Source of the DNA: Chthoniobacteraceae bacterium
GTDB taxonomy: Bacteria; Verrucomicrobiota; Verrucomicrobiia; Chthoniobacterales; Chthoniobacteraceae
DNA length: 49,979 nt
Assembly: GCA_040081625.1 (NCBI GenBank)
Contig: JBEBGD010000034.1
Span: 1-49,979, forward strand
Direction: 5' to 3'
Shown here: positions 19,469 to 29,681 of the stretch, one piece after another
Position numbering within the stretch: position 1 is the stretch's first letter
How the letters are laid out: each line of letters starts with the position of its first letter
The notes under the pieces: model-generated
What the model saw: the letters and a program-made list of their open reading frames with translations, nothing else
Databases searched by the model: none
Told to the model about the DNA's origin: nothing
Program-made: the position numbers and the translations under genes

Positions 19469-20658
19469 CAGTCGTTCACCCGCTGAAGGCAGTGCCGGTA
19501 AAAATCAAGGTTCCGATCGATCCATTGCCGCCGGTCGAATAGCTCGACCGCACGCCGTCGGCCATTCGCGCCGAGGCTCTCCGCCAGCTCGCGGTCGCCG
19601 AGGATCGCGCAGATTTTCTCCGCAATATCCGCGGAGTCGGCGGGATCGCACAGCAATCCCGAGACGCCGTCCTCGATCACTTCCGGGCCGGCGCCGGTGC
19701 GGCTGTAAATCGTCGGCTTGCCCATCGCCATCGCCTCGACGGGAGCGAGGCCGAACGACTCGAGCTTCGAGGGGTAGCAGCACAAGTGCGCACGCGCGAT
19801 CCAGTCGCGCACTCCGATCCTCGACAACCCGCCGGTGAACGTGATCCGCGCTCGATGCACGGGCTTCACCGACTCGACCAACGCCCGCTCGGTCTCCCGC
19901 CGCTCCGCGTCCCCGGCGACGATGCGCCCGATGAGAACGAGCCGAGCGTTGGGAAATCGCTCCATCACGCCGTTCATCGCCGCGCACAATTCATTCACGC
20001 CCTTGCGCGGATGAATCGCGTTCGCGAAAACGATCAGCCCATCCTCCCGCGAAACGGACGCGTCGGGTCGGAATGCGTGCTCGGCGTCCACGGCATTGTA
20101 GATGACGCGATCAGCCGGACGCTGCTTTCCCGCGCGCCGCATCTCCCCCTCGGCGACGAAGCGCGAGACACCCACCAGATGGTCGGCGGAGTCGAGCGTC
20201 CTCTTTTCGAGCCAGTGCGTGAATCGATCGCTCGTCATCGAGCCCAGCTCCGCGTCGTAGAAAAAAGTCGCGCCGTGCAATCGCACGACAGACGGGATGC
20301 CGGGGATGCCGCCGAATGGAAGCAGGCCGGAGTTGTCGATGCACTCGACGAGCTGAAAACGCCGGATGCGGTGCAACCGACGAAGTTCGCTGCGGAGCTG
20401 CCAGCGCTGCCACACCGCACCGGGACGCCAGCGCATCCATCGCGGGGAGGACAGCGCGATATCCCAAACACGAGGGTTGGACGCCTCGTCGCGACACTGT
20501 GCCGGCTCGCGGCGCGGCGCGCCGAGTTGCGCGACGATCACATCCACCGCGCAACCTTTGCCAGCGAGGCCTTCGGCCAGATCCGTGGTGAACGATCCGA
20601 TGCCGCCGTGCGGGCCGGGCGGATACTCGTTTGCCAGGAGTGCGATCCGCTCGTTCAC
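19468..20658 (-). CDS. Glycosyltransferase family 4
   Basis: EYPPGPHGGIG, RKGV and ESFGLAPVEAMAMGKP. Confidence 0.9.
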   Translation of the reverse strand: MNERIALLANEYPPGPHGGIGSFTTDLAEGLAGKGCAVDVIVAQLGAPRREPAQCRDEASNPRVWDIALSSPRWMRWRPGAVWQRWQLRSELRRLHRIRRFQLVECIDNSGLLPFGGIPGIPSVVRLHGATFFYDAELGSMTSDRFTHWLEKRTLDSADHLVGVSRFVAEGEMRRAGKQRPADRVIYNAVDAEHAFRPDASVSREDGLIVFANAIHPRKGVNELCAAMNGVMERFPNARLVLIGRIVAGDAERRETERALVESVKPVHRARITFTGGLSRIGVRDWIARAHLCCYPSKLESFGLAPVEAMAMGKPTIYSRTGAGPEVIEDGVSGLLCDPADSADIAEKICAILGDRELAESLGANGRRRAVELFDRRQWIDRNLDFYRHCLQRVND

Positions 20659-21701
20659 GAGATGAGGGTGGGCTCGTCACACGGGAACGCAGCGCGAAGT
20701 TCGCGCATCGCTTCCTCCTCAGTCGTTCGCGCGACAGCGTCCGCGTCGTAGCGAAAGCCGCGGCAGAGCTGCTCGAGCAGCCAGCGCGGATTCGTTTTCA
20801 GCGAGTAGCCGACCGCCTCAAAAAAGCGCGACGGCTTCTCCCGAAGCACGTGCAGGAAGAGATCCGAATACTCGCGCTGAAGCCGCAGGAGCGGCTCGAT
20901 CATGCGGACCTTCCACGCCGGCTGCGACGTCCACTGCGCCGGGAGGTGTTGTGCATTCCCCGCGAGAAACTCGCGCACGCAGCGGACGCGCTGCCACGTC
21001 GCCCTGGCCGCGGAGATGTTCGAAATCTGCCGCGGATGCCGCCGCCATGACGCCAGCACCTGCGGGACATAAACGAAATCGCTCTCCACACTCGCCGCCA
21101 GCGCCCAATGGAAATCCGCGACGTCGCCGAGGTCCTCACGGAAGCAGCCGATGCGATCCAGCAAGTCCCGGCGAAAAAGCACCGCGGTGATCGTCTGCCA
21201 ACTGATGCCGGCGACGATTTGAAAGAGCAGTTCCCAATATCGCGGACGGCGACATTTCTGGTCCGCCCACTTTTTGAACAGCCGCCGCTGCTCAGTCATC
21301 CGCGACGGCAGCGGCCCGCCATTCTCATCGATCTCGAAATACTCGCACATGGCCAGTGCCGCGCTCGGTTGCGATTCGCATGCGCTCACCAATTCCTCGA
21401 GGCAGTGCGGCTCCATCGTGTCGTCGCTGGTCGCCACGTATACGTATCTCCCGCGCGCACGGCGCAGACACTCGTTCCATCCCGCATAGGCGCCACGCCG
21501 TGGCACCTGATGCAGACTCACTCGCGGATCGCTCGCGAACTTCTGGAAGAACTCCCACGCGCCGTCATCCGAATAGCTATCGCAGACGATGAGTTCCCAG
21601 TCGCCCAGAGTCTGCGCGAGCACGGTCTCCATCCGCTCGGCGAGATAGGGCCGGGTGTTGAGATTCGGCAGACAGATCGAAACCAGCGGGGCGGCGTTCA
21701 T
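20655..21701 (-). CDS. Glycosyltransferase family 2
   Basis: VSICLPNLN, ELIVCDSYSDDG and ARGRYVYVATSDD. Confidence 0.88.
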   Translation of the reverse strand: MNAAPLVSICLPNLNTRPYLAERMETVLAQTLGDWELIVCDSYSDDGAWEFFQKFASDPRVSLHQVPRRGAYAGWNECLRRARGRYVYVATSDDTMEPHCLEELVSACESQPSAALAMCEYFEIDENGGPLPSRMTEQRRLFKKWADQKCRRPRYWELLFQIVAGISWQTITAVLFRRDLLDRIGCFREDLGDVADFHWALAASVESDFVYVPQVLASWRRHPRQISNISAARATWQRVRCVREFLAGNAQHLPAQWTSQPAWKVRMIEPLLRLQREYSDLFLHVLREKPSRFFEAVGYSLKTNPRWLLEQLCRGFRYDADAVARTTEEEAMRELRAAFPCDEPTLIS

Positions 21702-22960
21702 TCGCTGCCGGAGGTGTAGCGGCGCGCGGCTTCATGCCAAAGGCTTTCGACTGCGGCCTGCACGCGCTCCACGGAGATACTGGCGATGTCGCCCAACCCC
21801 GCCACGCCATCCTCAACAGCGACCACCACGGAGGGAACCGCCCAAGGGCTGAAGTATGCCGGCGAGTCGAACTGCTCCGGCCAGCACTCCCTGAGATGGC
21901 GCGAGATTTCCACCACCGGCAGCCCCGCGGCTGCCGCCATGTGCATGGGGCCGGTGTCATTGCCCACATAAAGACAGCATCGTTTGAGAAGCGCAGCGCA
22001 CTCCCGCAGCGAGACCTGCCCCACCATGTCGATCGCGACATCGCCGAGGCGCGCACGGATCTCCGCGGCCAGCGCGCGCTCGCCTTCGCTGCCGATCAAC
22101 ACGACGCGCGCACTGCGCTCCCGGTGCAGCCACCCGCCGAGGCGACCGAAATACGCCGGCGGCCAAACTCGATCGCTGCCCGATGCACCGATCCCGAAAG
22201 CGACCAGTGGCGTGCCTGCGACATGACCGGCGCGCAGCAATCGCTCGCGGACAGTTTGCTCGTCCGCGAGTTCGGTCCAAAGCTCAAGTCGCTGGCTGTC
22301 GATCGTGCCGCCCATCTCGCGAAGAAGTTTGAGATTCTTCTCCACTTCGTGAAACGAGCCGTCGAGCCGAAGTGACCGGGTAAGCAGAATGTCGAAGTTG
22401 CGATTGACCCGAGCCTTCTCGCTGGAAACCGACTCGCTGTAGCCGACGCGTTGCGTCGCCCCGGAGAGATAGGCTGCGAAGACCGCATGGTAATAATCGA
22501 CTCCCCATCGCGGAATGATCGCCAGGTCGAATCGGCGGCACCACAAGCTGCGCGCGGCGAGCCGCAAGACCCGCCACACGCGCACCACGCTGGCCTTTGC
22601 GTCGTCGGGATCCCACCGGTCGGACGCATCGGGCGGCCACGCGATCACCTCGTCGATATGCGGGCACGCCGTCACCAGCGCCCGGGATGGCGGCTGGACG
22701 AGCAGCGTGATGTGGGCGTGCGGCGCATTGCGGCGAAGCTCGCGCAAGAATCCGCTCGTCAGGACCATGTCGCCGAGGCGGTCGAGTCGCACGACGAGGA
22801 TCGAGCGCGCGGCGTTCAGGCTCATCTCGGAATCGCGCCTGAATCCCCGCACGCGAAACAAAACCTCGCCGATCTTCCGCACTCGCCCGGGCCGGATAGC
22901 CCGCGCCAATACGCGCCAGAACGCCTGTTTCAGGCCGCGTGGAATCCAGCGGCGGATCAT
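21698..22960 (-). CDS. Glycosyltransferase family 9
   Basis: ILVVRLDRLGDMVL, HEVE and YVGNDTGPMHMAAA. Start MIRRWIP overlaps the upstream stop (ATGA). Confidence 0.87.
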   Translation of the reverse strand: MIRRWIPRGLKQAFWRVLARAIRPGRVRKIGEVLFRVRGFRRDSEMSLNAARSILVVRLDRLGDMVLTSGFLRELRRNAPHAHITLLVQPPSRALVTACPHIDEVIAWPPDASDRWDPDDAKASVVRVWRVLRLAARSLWCRRFDLAIIPRWGVDYYHAVFAAYLSGATQRVGYSESVSSEKARVNRNFDILLTRSLRLDGSFHEVEKNLKLLREMGGTIDSQRLELWTELADEQTVRERLLRAGHVAGTPLVAFGIGASGSDRVWPPAYFGRLGGWLHRERSARVVLIGSEGERALAAEIRARLGDVAIDMVGQVSLRECAALLKRCCLYVGNDTGPMHMAAAAGLPVVEISRHLRECWPEQFDSPAYFSPWAVPSVVVAVEDGVAGLGDIASISVERVQAAVESLWHEAARRYTSGSE

Positions 22961-24099
22961 GCCGCGCGAGCGCCCCGCACATGGGCGCCGACCAGTTCGC
23001 AGTATCGGGTCCACGTCGCCTCGCGCAGTGCGCGCAACCGCTCGCGCTCCTGCTCCCGGTTCCCGGCGAGCCGCTGAAGATCGCGGAGCAGGACGGCAGC
23101 GGTGGCTTGCTTGACGTAATGGCATGGCAACCCGAGCGACCCGACCATCAGCATCCGCGTGTCGGTGCCGACGGCGACCGAAGGCACACCGCATCCGGCC
23201 ATCGCGACGGTGGCGTGGAGCCGATTGCAGAGCGCGAACTTCGCGCGGGACACGAGCGAGCAAAACTCTTGCGGCGTCTTCGGAAGGTGACGAGGAAGGT
23301 CCGGCCAGAGCTGCTCCGCGAGTAGCCGCTCTTTCTCGTCGTGGCAGAGGAAAGCTACGTGGTGCGTGGCGCGCAGGTTCGCGATCACTTCGTTGACGGT
23401 GTGCCGCCAGTCATCCGCTGCGATCCCCTGGCCCCAGTCGAAATGCCCTCCGCCATCCATGTAGTTGATGAGCACGAGATTCTCCGGCGAGCTGGCATCG
23501 CTACCATAGCCACGCCCTGCGAGGAAAGCCGGGCATGGAAGGAACGTCGCGTCCACGCCGAGGGTCTTTAGCAATTGCTCGGCGAGCACATCGCGAACAG
23601 TCGTCAGCGAGCAATAGCCTGCGGTTTCCCGCAGGAACGCCGCATCCTCCGGTATCTCGATCGACCGCGGCTGCGCCTCCCAAGGGAAGCAAGCGCCGGC
23701 ACCGAGATTCAGGACACGAACCCCCTTCCCGCTCAAGCGTCCAACCACGTCGGTCCACAACACCCCGGCCCATTCGCACTCGTGGCACTTCGGCCAGATC
23801 GTCGGCGCGCCGCACTGCACGATCAAGTCGCAGCCATCGAATCGACTCGTCCTCACCGCGCTGCCGAGCGCGGCGATCATGCGATCCAGCCGATAGCCAC
23901 CGCGCGGCAGGCGCTTCGCGAACTTCGGCCAGCGCGCGGGGTGCCAGGATGGATAGACCGTGAGCGGCTGGTGCTTATTGATCGGCACGAAATCGATCCC
24001 CCCGGCGCAGACCTCGCGAAGAACGTGACAGATCCCCTCGCGGATGCAGTCATCCCCGAGGTTCGTATCCAGCGTGGTGATCAGCCCGACACGGAGCAT
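22957..24099 (-). CDS. Polysaccharide pyruvyltransferase family protein
   Basis: NLGDD, TVRD, PCPAFL and NRLHA. Confidence 0.8.
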   Translation of the reverse strand: MLRVGLITTLDTNLGDDCIREGICHVLREVCAGGIDFVPINKHQPLTVYPSWHPARWPKFAKRLPRGGYRLDRMIAALGSAVRTSRFDGCDLIVQCGAPTIWPKCHECEWAGVLWTDVVGRLSGKGVRVLNLGAGACFPWEAQPRSIEIPEDAAFLRETAGYCSLTTVRDVLAEQLLKTLGVDATFLPCPAFLAGRGYGSDASSPENLVLINYMDGGGHFDWGQGIAADDWRHTVNEVIANLRATHHVAFLCHDEKERLLAEQLWPDLPRHLPKTPQEFCSLVSRAKFALCNRLHATVAMAGCGVPSVAVGTDTRMLMVGSLGLPCHYVKQATAAVLLRDLQRLAGNREQERERLRALREATWTRYCELVGAHVRGARAA

Positions 24100-24107
24100 C
24101 GCGCGGG

Positions 24108-24977
24108 TTAGTTTTTCCGCAGCACGATGCACGCGATGTAAGGCTTGACGCACTGCACAACCGGCCGCGCTCCGGTGAGGAAGATCCGGGAGATCAATGG
24201 GAACCACGGGCCAAAAATCGCGTTCTGGAGCATGGTGCTGTTGATGAAATGCGCCATGCGCTTGTGCGGGTTCCGGGAGAAGAAGCGCTCGCCGATGAAG
24301 GAAAGTTCAAGCAGTTCGAGGCCGGAGGGATTCACGATGTTATCCATCACTTGGTCGTGATCGTAGAAGCGCTGAAAGAACGTCTCGTCGGTGCCGGTCG
24401 CTTCCCGCTCATAGACGGTGCCGGCACGGAACTCACTGAATCGCTTGTGCGCATACGGAACAGTCAGCACAGCGATGCCGCCAGGCTTCAAGACTCGCGC
24501 CATCTCCTTGATCGCAGGCACTTCGCCCCGGTCCTCGGGAGCGATGTGCTCGACTACGGAGACGGACGTGACGAGATCGAACATGCCGTCTTTGTAAGGC
24601 AGCGCGCGCACATCCTGAATCTCGGACACGATGCCGCTGATGCCGAGTTCCCTGGCCGCGGATGCAGTGGAGTCGACCTCTTCCTGGAGAATGTTTGTCG
24701 CGTGAATCGTGCGATCGCCGGCGACATGGCCGAGCGTCAGCGGCACAAGCTGCGGACTGCTCACATCGAGCGCGAGCGACTGCCACTTCGAGAAGCGGTT
24801 GATCGCATCGAAGGTGAACTCGAACTCGCGATAGCGGACGTAGTCGATCGGCACCAGGCGCTGCGCGAATCGAACCGGGCGGCGGAGTTCCCTCAAGATC
24901 GTGCCGGGCCCGTCGCCGAATCGGAGCTTGAGACCAAGGAGGTATGCGGTCGAAAGGCTTGGACTCATGTTTTGCAT
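24108..24977 (-). CDS. Class I SAM-dependent methyltransferase
   Basis: QDVRALPYKDGMFDLVTSVSVVEHI and RVLKPGG. Motif I is atypical (LDVSSP) and the start codon is uncertain. Confidence 0.8.
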   Translation of the reverse strand: MQNMSPSLSTAYLLGLKLRFGDGPGTILRELRRPVRFAQRLVPIDYVRYREFEFTFDAINRFSKWQSLALDVSSPQLVPLTLGHVAGDRTIHATNILQEEVDSTASAARELGISGIVSEIQDVRALPYKDGMFDLVTSVSVVEHIAPEDRGEVPAIKEMARVLKPGGIAVLTVPYAHKRFSEFRAGTVYEREATGTDETFFQRFYDHDQVMDNIVNPSGLELLELSFIGERFFSRNPHKRMAHFINSTMLQNAIFGPWFPLISRIFLTGARPVVQCVKPYIACIVLRKN

Positions 24978-24993
24978 TTTCAAAGTGGCCGCT

Positions 24994-26208
24994 TCATCGC
25001 GCCTCGACGTTCCATGACGGACGGAAGACGATCATGCCGGCGTCCGCGCTCGGCAGTTTTCCGGTGCCGAGATAGTTTGAGGACTCGACGACCAACGGTG
25101 CGATCTGGATCGCGTGATCGATCAGGCCGCTGAAGTCCGCCATTCCGACGTTGAGGCTGTAGTGGCCGACCGCCACATTGAGGCAATCGATGCGGCAGGA
25201 CAGTCGGACGTCGCCGCTCGCCGCGACGGAGATTGCGCTCGCTTCCGTGTCGAGGTTCGCGACCGCAACGCCGCGACTGCTATAAAGCGTCATTCGTAAC
25301 ACCGGGCTCTGCAGGGGGACCGCGACACGGTATTGCACGACAATCTCGACGGCGTCGCCGCAGCGCACACTCTGCACTTTCGTCCCCGCGTGGTCTTGAT
25401 AGTGGACCGAGTAGAACCGCGCCTTTCCATTGCCGGGCCTGCTGTCCTGGTTCTGCAAAAGATCCTCGTCCGCGCTCGCGTGACCCAGATACGCATCGAC
25501 CACCTCAGCGACCGAGCCATCCTTCTCGAGGCGGCCGTTCTGAAGCAGGATCGCGCGACTGCATAGTGCCTCGACCGCGCCCATGTTGTGGCTGACGAAG
25601 AGAATCGTGCGCCCCTGCCTTCCGACCTCGGACATCTTGTTCATGCAGCGCTTTTGGAAGGCGGCGTCGCCGACGGCGAGCACCTCATCGACGATGAGGA
25701 TCTCGGGCTCGAGGTGCGCGGCGACGGCGAAGGCCAGCCGCACATACATGCCGCTCGAGTAGTGCTTGACCGGCGTGTCGATGAATTTCTCGACCTCCGC
25801 AAACGCGACGATCTCGTCGAATTTCGCGCGGATCTCGATCCGGCTCATGCCGAGGATCGCGCCGTTGAGGAAGACGTTCTCCCGTCCGCTCAACTCGGGA
25901 TGGAAGCCGGTGCCGACTTCGAGGAGGCTCGCGACGCGCCCGAGGATGCGCACTTCACCCTCCGTCGGCTCGGTGATCTGGCTGAGGACTTTGAGCAGGG
26001 TGGACTTGCCCGCGCCGTTGCGGCCGATGATGCCGACGACCTCGCCCGGCCCGATCTCGAAGCTCAACTCCCTGAGCGCCCAGAAGGTCTCGCTCGATGA
26101 CTTCCTGTCGCGACGCAGCAATGCGGCGAGTTGATCGCGCAGCGTGTTGTGCATTTTCAGGCCAAGCCGGAACTGCTTCCCGAGCTGTCGGACGGAGATC
26201 GCGGCCAT
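24994..26208 (-). CDS. wzt: Polysaccharide ABC exporter ATPase Wzt with C-terminal domain
   Basis: GRNGAGKST, YSSGMYVRL and DEVLAVGD, followed by a beta-rich C-terminal extension. Confidence 0.92.
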   Translation of the reverse strand: MAAISVRQLGKQFRLGLKMHNTLRDQLAALLRRDRKSSSETFWALRELSFEIGPGEVVGIIGRNGAGKSTLLKVLSQITEPTEGEVRILGRVASLLEVGTGFHPELSGRENVFLNGAILGMSRIEIRAKFDEIVAFAEVEKFIDTPVKHYSSGMYVRLAFAVAAHLEPEILIVDEVLAVGDAAFQKRCMNKMSEVGRQGRTILFVSHNMGAVEALCSRAILLQNGRLEKDGSVAEVVDAYLGHASADEDLLQNQDSRPGNGKARFYSVHYQDHAGTKVQSVRCGDAVEIVVQYRVAVPLQSPVLRMTLYSSRGVAVANLDTEASAISVAASGDVRLSCRIDCLNVAVGHYSLNVGMADFSGLIDHAIQIAPLVVESSNYLGTGKLPSADAGMIVFRPSWNVEAR

Positions 26209-26211
26209 CGC

Positions 26212-27048
26212 TCAGACGACGTCGGCGAAGGAGCGTTCCGTCGCGCGGAAATAGAGCAGGCCGGTGATGGCTAGCACGAGCATGACGGCTGTGCTGGCCC
26301 AGAATCCCGGCCAATACGGCTCGAACTGAGGCCCGAGCACGCACCAGCGGAAGCCGTCGATGACGCCGACAAGCGGGTTGAGACTGAACCAGAACTGCCA
26401 TGGTTCCGGCACGACACCCCGCCAGGCGTAGCCGACCGGTGTCACATACATCCCGACGCGGGTGATGAACGGCACGACGTATTTCACATCGCGATACTTC
26501 ACATTGAGCGCGCTGAACCAGATGCCGGCGGCGAAGGCAGCGAGGAATGCGAGGCTGAAGAACACGGGCAGCAGCAGCAGTTGCGGCCGGAAGCCGGTTT
26601 TGTAGAACGGCATCATCACCAACAGGATCGCGAGGGCGACGAGCGCATCGATGACTCCGCTGAGCACCGAGCTCGCCGGGATGATGAGCCGGGGAAAATA
26701 CACCTTCGAGATCATCCGCCCCGAGGCGACGAGCGAGTTGCTGCTCTCGCTCAGCGCGTTCGAGAAAAACTGCCAGGGCAGCAGCGCGCTCAGCACGAGG
26801 ATGGCGTAGGGCGCGCCGTCGCTGGGCAGCTTCGCAAAACGCCCGAAGACGATGGTGAGGACCACCATGGTGAGCACCGGCTGGAGCACCGCCCACGCGA
26901 CGCCGAGGTAGGTCTGCTTGTAGCGGACGAGGATGTCGCGCCACGCGAGGAAGCCGAAGAGCTCCCGATAGCGCCAAAGCTCCGGCAGGTTGAGCGAGAC
27001 CAGCCCACGGTGCGGGCGCAGCACCCGCTCGGGGAGGTCAACAGGCAT
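26212..27048 (-). CDS. wzm: Polysaccharide ABC exporter permease Wzm
   Basis: RYKQTYLGVAW, KVYFPR, YRDV and LNPL. Confidence 0.92.
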   Translation of the reverse strand: MPVDLPERVLRPHRGLVSLNLPELWRYRELFGFLAWRDILVRYKQTYLGVAWAVLQPVLTMVVLTIVFGRFAKLPSDGAPYAILVLSALLPWQFFSNALSESSNSLVASGRMISKVYFPRLIIPASSVLSGVIDALVALAILLVMMPFYKTGFRPQLLLLPVFFSLAFLAAFAAGIWFSALNVKYRDVKYVVPFITRVGMYVTPVGYAWRGVVPEPWQFWFSLNPLVGVIDGFRWCVLGPQFEPYWPGFWASTAVMLVLAITGLLYFRATERSFADVV

Positions 27049-27240
27049 GCAGCAGTCCGAGCCAGCGGGCTTGGGCGGGAGTTTGGGTGGAGGAAACGAA
27101 AAGCGTCATCGGAACAGGAGCGCCTGCTCTACGGAAGTGGCATCGGCGTGCAATGGAAAAGTCCCGAACATCGACGGCGGCACACAGCCCGATGCCTCAT
27201 TCCTCAGCCACACGGCGCATGCCGCGCCGCCTTCCACCAC

Positions 27241-27507
27241 TCAGCCGACCCGCAGCGGCTGCGTCTTGCTCTTCGGGTTGAGGTCCGAAGGGACCGCTCC
27301 GACGATGCGCGGCTCGAGGCCGAGCTTGCGGAAGACGCCGCGGATTTCCTGAATGGTGAGCGTCGGCTCGTCGAATTCGAGATACACGATGTGGTGATTC
27401 CGATCGACCTTGTAGCGGAGGCTCGGGACGGCCTCGAGCTCGTGGTCGAGTTCCAGAATTTTTTCCAGCGCGCCTACTCCGGCGGCGTAAACCTCAAGTT
27501 CGATCAT
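27241..27507 (-). CDS. Small hypothetical protein, ferredoxin-like/HMA-like pattern without CxxC
   Basis: 88 aa with a normal protein-like composition and an alternating beta/alpha pattern. Confidence 0.65.
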   Translation of the reverse strand: MIELEVYAAGVGALEKILELDHELEAVPSLRYKVDRNHHIVYLEFDEPTLTIQEIRGVFRKLGLEPRIVGAVPSDLNPKSKTQPLRVG

Positions 27508-27641
27508 AATGGGACTGCTTTAGGTGTCGGTGTTTGGGTTGGCAATGAGGAAAATTCGCGGTGCGAGGTAAATTTTGGACCTTTTTGCACCGCGCTCAGA
27601 CCGGGCTGGATTGCCATCCAGTGCTCGGGTATCGAGCCCGC

Positions 27642-28754
27642 ATGTCTTCACCCGCCACCGTCCCTGTCGAACTCGGCCCGCGCCGCTACGACGTGCTCAT
27701 CGGCACGCATCTACTCGGCGAACTCGGCGCCCTCGTGCGCGCGGCCGGGTTGAAGCAGACGAATGCATTTGTGCTCACGAATCCGCAGGTCGCCGCGCAC
27801 TATTTCGAGCCGATCCGCACGGCGCTCGTCGCTGCCGGATTCGAGCGAGTGTTGCGGCACGACATCCCGGCGGGCGAGGAGGGGAAAAACTGGGACGAGT
27901 TCACGCGAGCGTGCGCTGGGCTGCTCGAGTCGTTTCCCGATGCCGGCGCGACGCCGTTGGTTTTTCTCCTCGGCGGCGGAGTCGTCGGCGACCTGGGCGG
28001 GTTTGCAGCGGCGGTGTTCCGGCGGGGTGTGCCATTTGTGCAAGTCCCGACGAGTCTGCTCGCGGCCGTCGATTCGAGCGTGGGCGGAAAAGTGGCGGTG
28101 AATTTCGGCGGCGTGAAGAACATCATGGGGGCGTTCAATCAGCCTCGGCTCGTGGTGTGCGATCTCGCAACGCTCGGCAGCCTCAGCCCTCGCGAGGTGC
28201 GAAGCGGCTCGGCTGAGGTGATCAAATACGGCGCGGTGTGCAGCGCGCCGCTGTTCGAGCAGCTCGAGCGCGGCGATCTCGAGAAGCTGCTCGCGCTCGA
28301 TCCGACGGTGCTCGTCGATGTCGTCGCGCAGTGCGTGGCGCTCAAGTCGCGGGTGGTCGAGCAGGATGAGTTCGACAAGAAGGGCATCCGCAACGTGCTC
28401 AACTTTGGCCACACGATCGGCCATGCGCTCGAGTTGAGCGCCGACTACGCGCTCACGCACGGCGAGGCGATCGCGATCGGCATGATCGCCGCGACGCGCC
28501 TGGCCCGCGCGCTCGGCATGGCGGACGACTCGTTTTTTACCCGGCTCGAAAGCCTCATCGTGCGCGCCGGCCTGCCGACGCGCTTCCCCGGTGCGCCCGG
28601 TCATTTCGACCGGATCAAGCGCGCAATGCAGCTCGACAAAAAGTTCCGCGACGGATGCAACGTCTTCGTCCTCCCGACGCGAGTGGGCGCATGGGAGCAG
28701 CGCGAGAATGTGGACTGGGCTCTCGTGGACGACGCGGTGCGCAGCGTCCTGTAA
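27642..28754 (+). CDS. aroB: 3-dehydroquinate synthase
   Basis: LGGGVVGDLGGF, VPTSLLAAVDSSVGGK, LNFGHTIGHA and HGEA. Confidence 0.95.
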   Translation: MSSPATVPVELGPRRYDVLIGTHLLGELGALVRAAGLKQTNAFVLTNPQVAAHYFEPIRTALVAAGFERVLRHDIPAGEEGKNWDEFTRACAGLLESFPDAGATPLVFLLGGGVVGDLGGFAAAVFRRGVPFVQVPTSLLAAVDSSVGGKVAVNFGGVKNIMGAFNQPRLVVCDLATLGSLSPREVRSGSAEVIKYGAVCSAPLFEQLERGDLEKLLALDPTVLVDVVAQCVALKSRVVEQDEFDKKGIRNVLNFGHTIGHALELSADYALTHGEAIAIGMIAATRLARALGMADDSFFTRLESLIVRAGLPTRFPGAPGHFDRIKRAMQLDKKFRDGCNVFVLPTRVGAWEQRENVDWALVDDAVRSVL

Positions 28755-28796
28755 AAAAGAAACCCGGCCATGCCGCGCGTGGCGGCATGACCGGGC
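28755..28796 (-). terminator. Intrinsic terminator-like hairpin between convergent genes
   Basis: CCCGGCCATGCCGC...GCGGCATGACCGGG stem with an adjacent A-run, which reads as a U-tract on the minus strand. Confidence 0.7.
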
Positions 28797-28820
28797 GTGA
28801 GTGGTTCGAGTTGGCGCGTT

Positions 28821-29162
28821 CTAGCTCGCCGCGGGCGGCTCGATCGGCGTCGGCGGCTGCGGCTGGCCGGGCGCGGTCTGGATGACCTGGAAATTCTGCA
28901 CCGCCTGGCCGAGCAGCTGCCAGAGGCGGACGATGGCCGCAGGCGTCATCGCGATGCGGGTGTGGATGGGCAGGATCGCGCCGACACCGGGATCGATGAC
29001 GAGGCCGCTCGAGAAATCGAGGTAGAGCTCTTCCTGGCCGTTGTTGAGAAGGACGTGGTTCGCGTAGCGCGCGGACATGTCCTCATAACGGATCTGGAGA
29101 GGCATGTTTTGCTGCTGCGGAGCTGCCGGAGCAGCGTCGGGGGCGGGGTTGTCGTTTGGCAT
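28821..29162 (-). CDS. DUF3467-like small protein
   Basis: RYANHVLLNNGQEELYLDF...RIAMTP pattern. The start codon is uncertain. Confidence 0.7.
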   Translation of the reverse strand: MPNDNPAPDAAPAAPQQQNMPLQIRYEDMSARYANHVLLNNGQEELYLDFSSGLVIDPGVGAILPIHTRIAMTPAAIVRLWQLLGQAVQNFQVIQTAPGQPQPPTPIEPPAAS

Positions 29163-29342
29163 AGGGTCGGGAGAGGTAGCAGCCAAAGGCACGGCTGCAA
29201 ACGAGTTCTTGTTTTTTTTCATCGACGCCCGCGAAAGCCTGATTTCATGCGGTTCGCGCGGAAGATTCGAGTGCGCCAATCGCGTGCGAACCGATGCCCG
29301 GCTCACTCGTTGCGGCGGGCTCAAATACCCCCGCGATCCAAG

Positions 29343-29672
29343 CTACAGCGCGGTCGCGCCCGCGCGGGCGGCGAGCACGTAGGCGAGCAGTTCGGATTTC
29401 TCCGCGGGGGTGAGCTCAGCTTCGTCCGCCATATCGGCGACGATCTCCTGCCAGCGCGCGGCGGTGTATTTCGCGACCGGATCAATCGCGTGACAACTCG
29501 CGCAACGCCCCACGTAGAGCCGTCGCCCGCCTTCGAGCTCCGCGGCGGAGGACCCTGCTCTCGATGCCATCGCCGGCGTGACCGGCGGCGCGAGCGTCTC
29601 GATGGCGACGCACCCGCCCAGCGCAACCGCTGCGAGTGCGGCGGATGTTCGGAGCGGGTGCATCGGTGCCAT
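29343..29672 (-). CDS. Small monoheme c-type cytochrome, predicted lipoprotein
   Basis: Lipobox LGG-C, GRRLY...CASCH and a candidate distal Met (ADM). Confidence 0.8.
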   Translation of the reverse strand: MAPMHPLRTSAALAAVALGGCVAIETLAPPVTPAMASRAGSSAAELEGGRRLYVGRCASCHAIDPVAKYTAARWQEIVADMADEAELTPAEKSELLAYVLAARAGATAL

Positions 29673-29681
29673 GAGCAGGCC

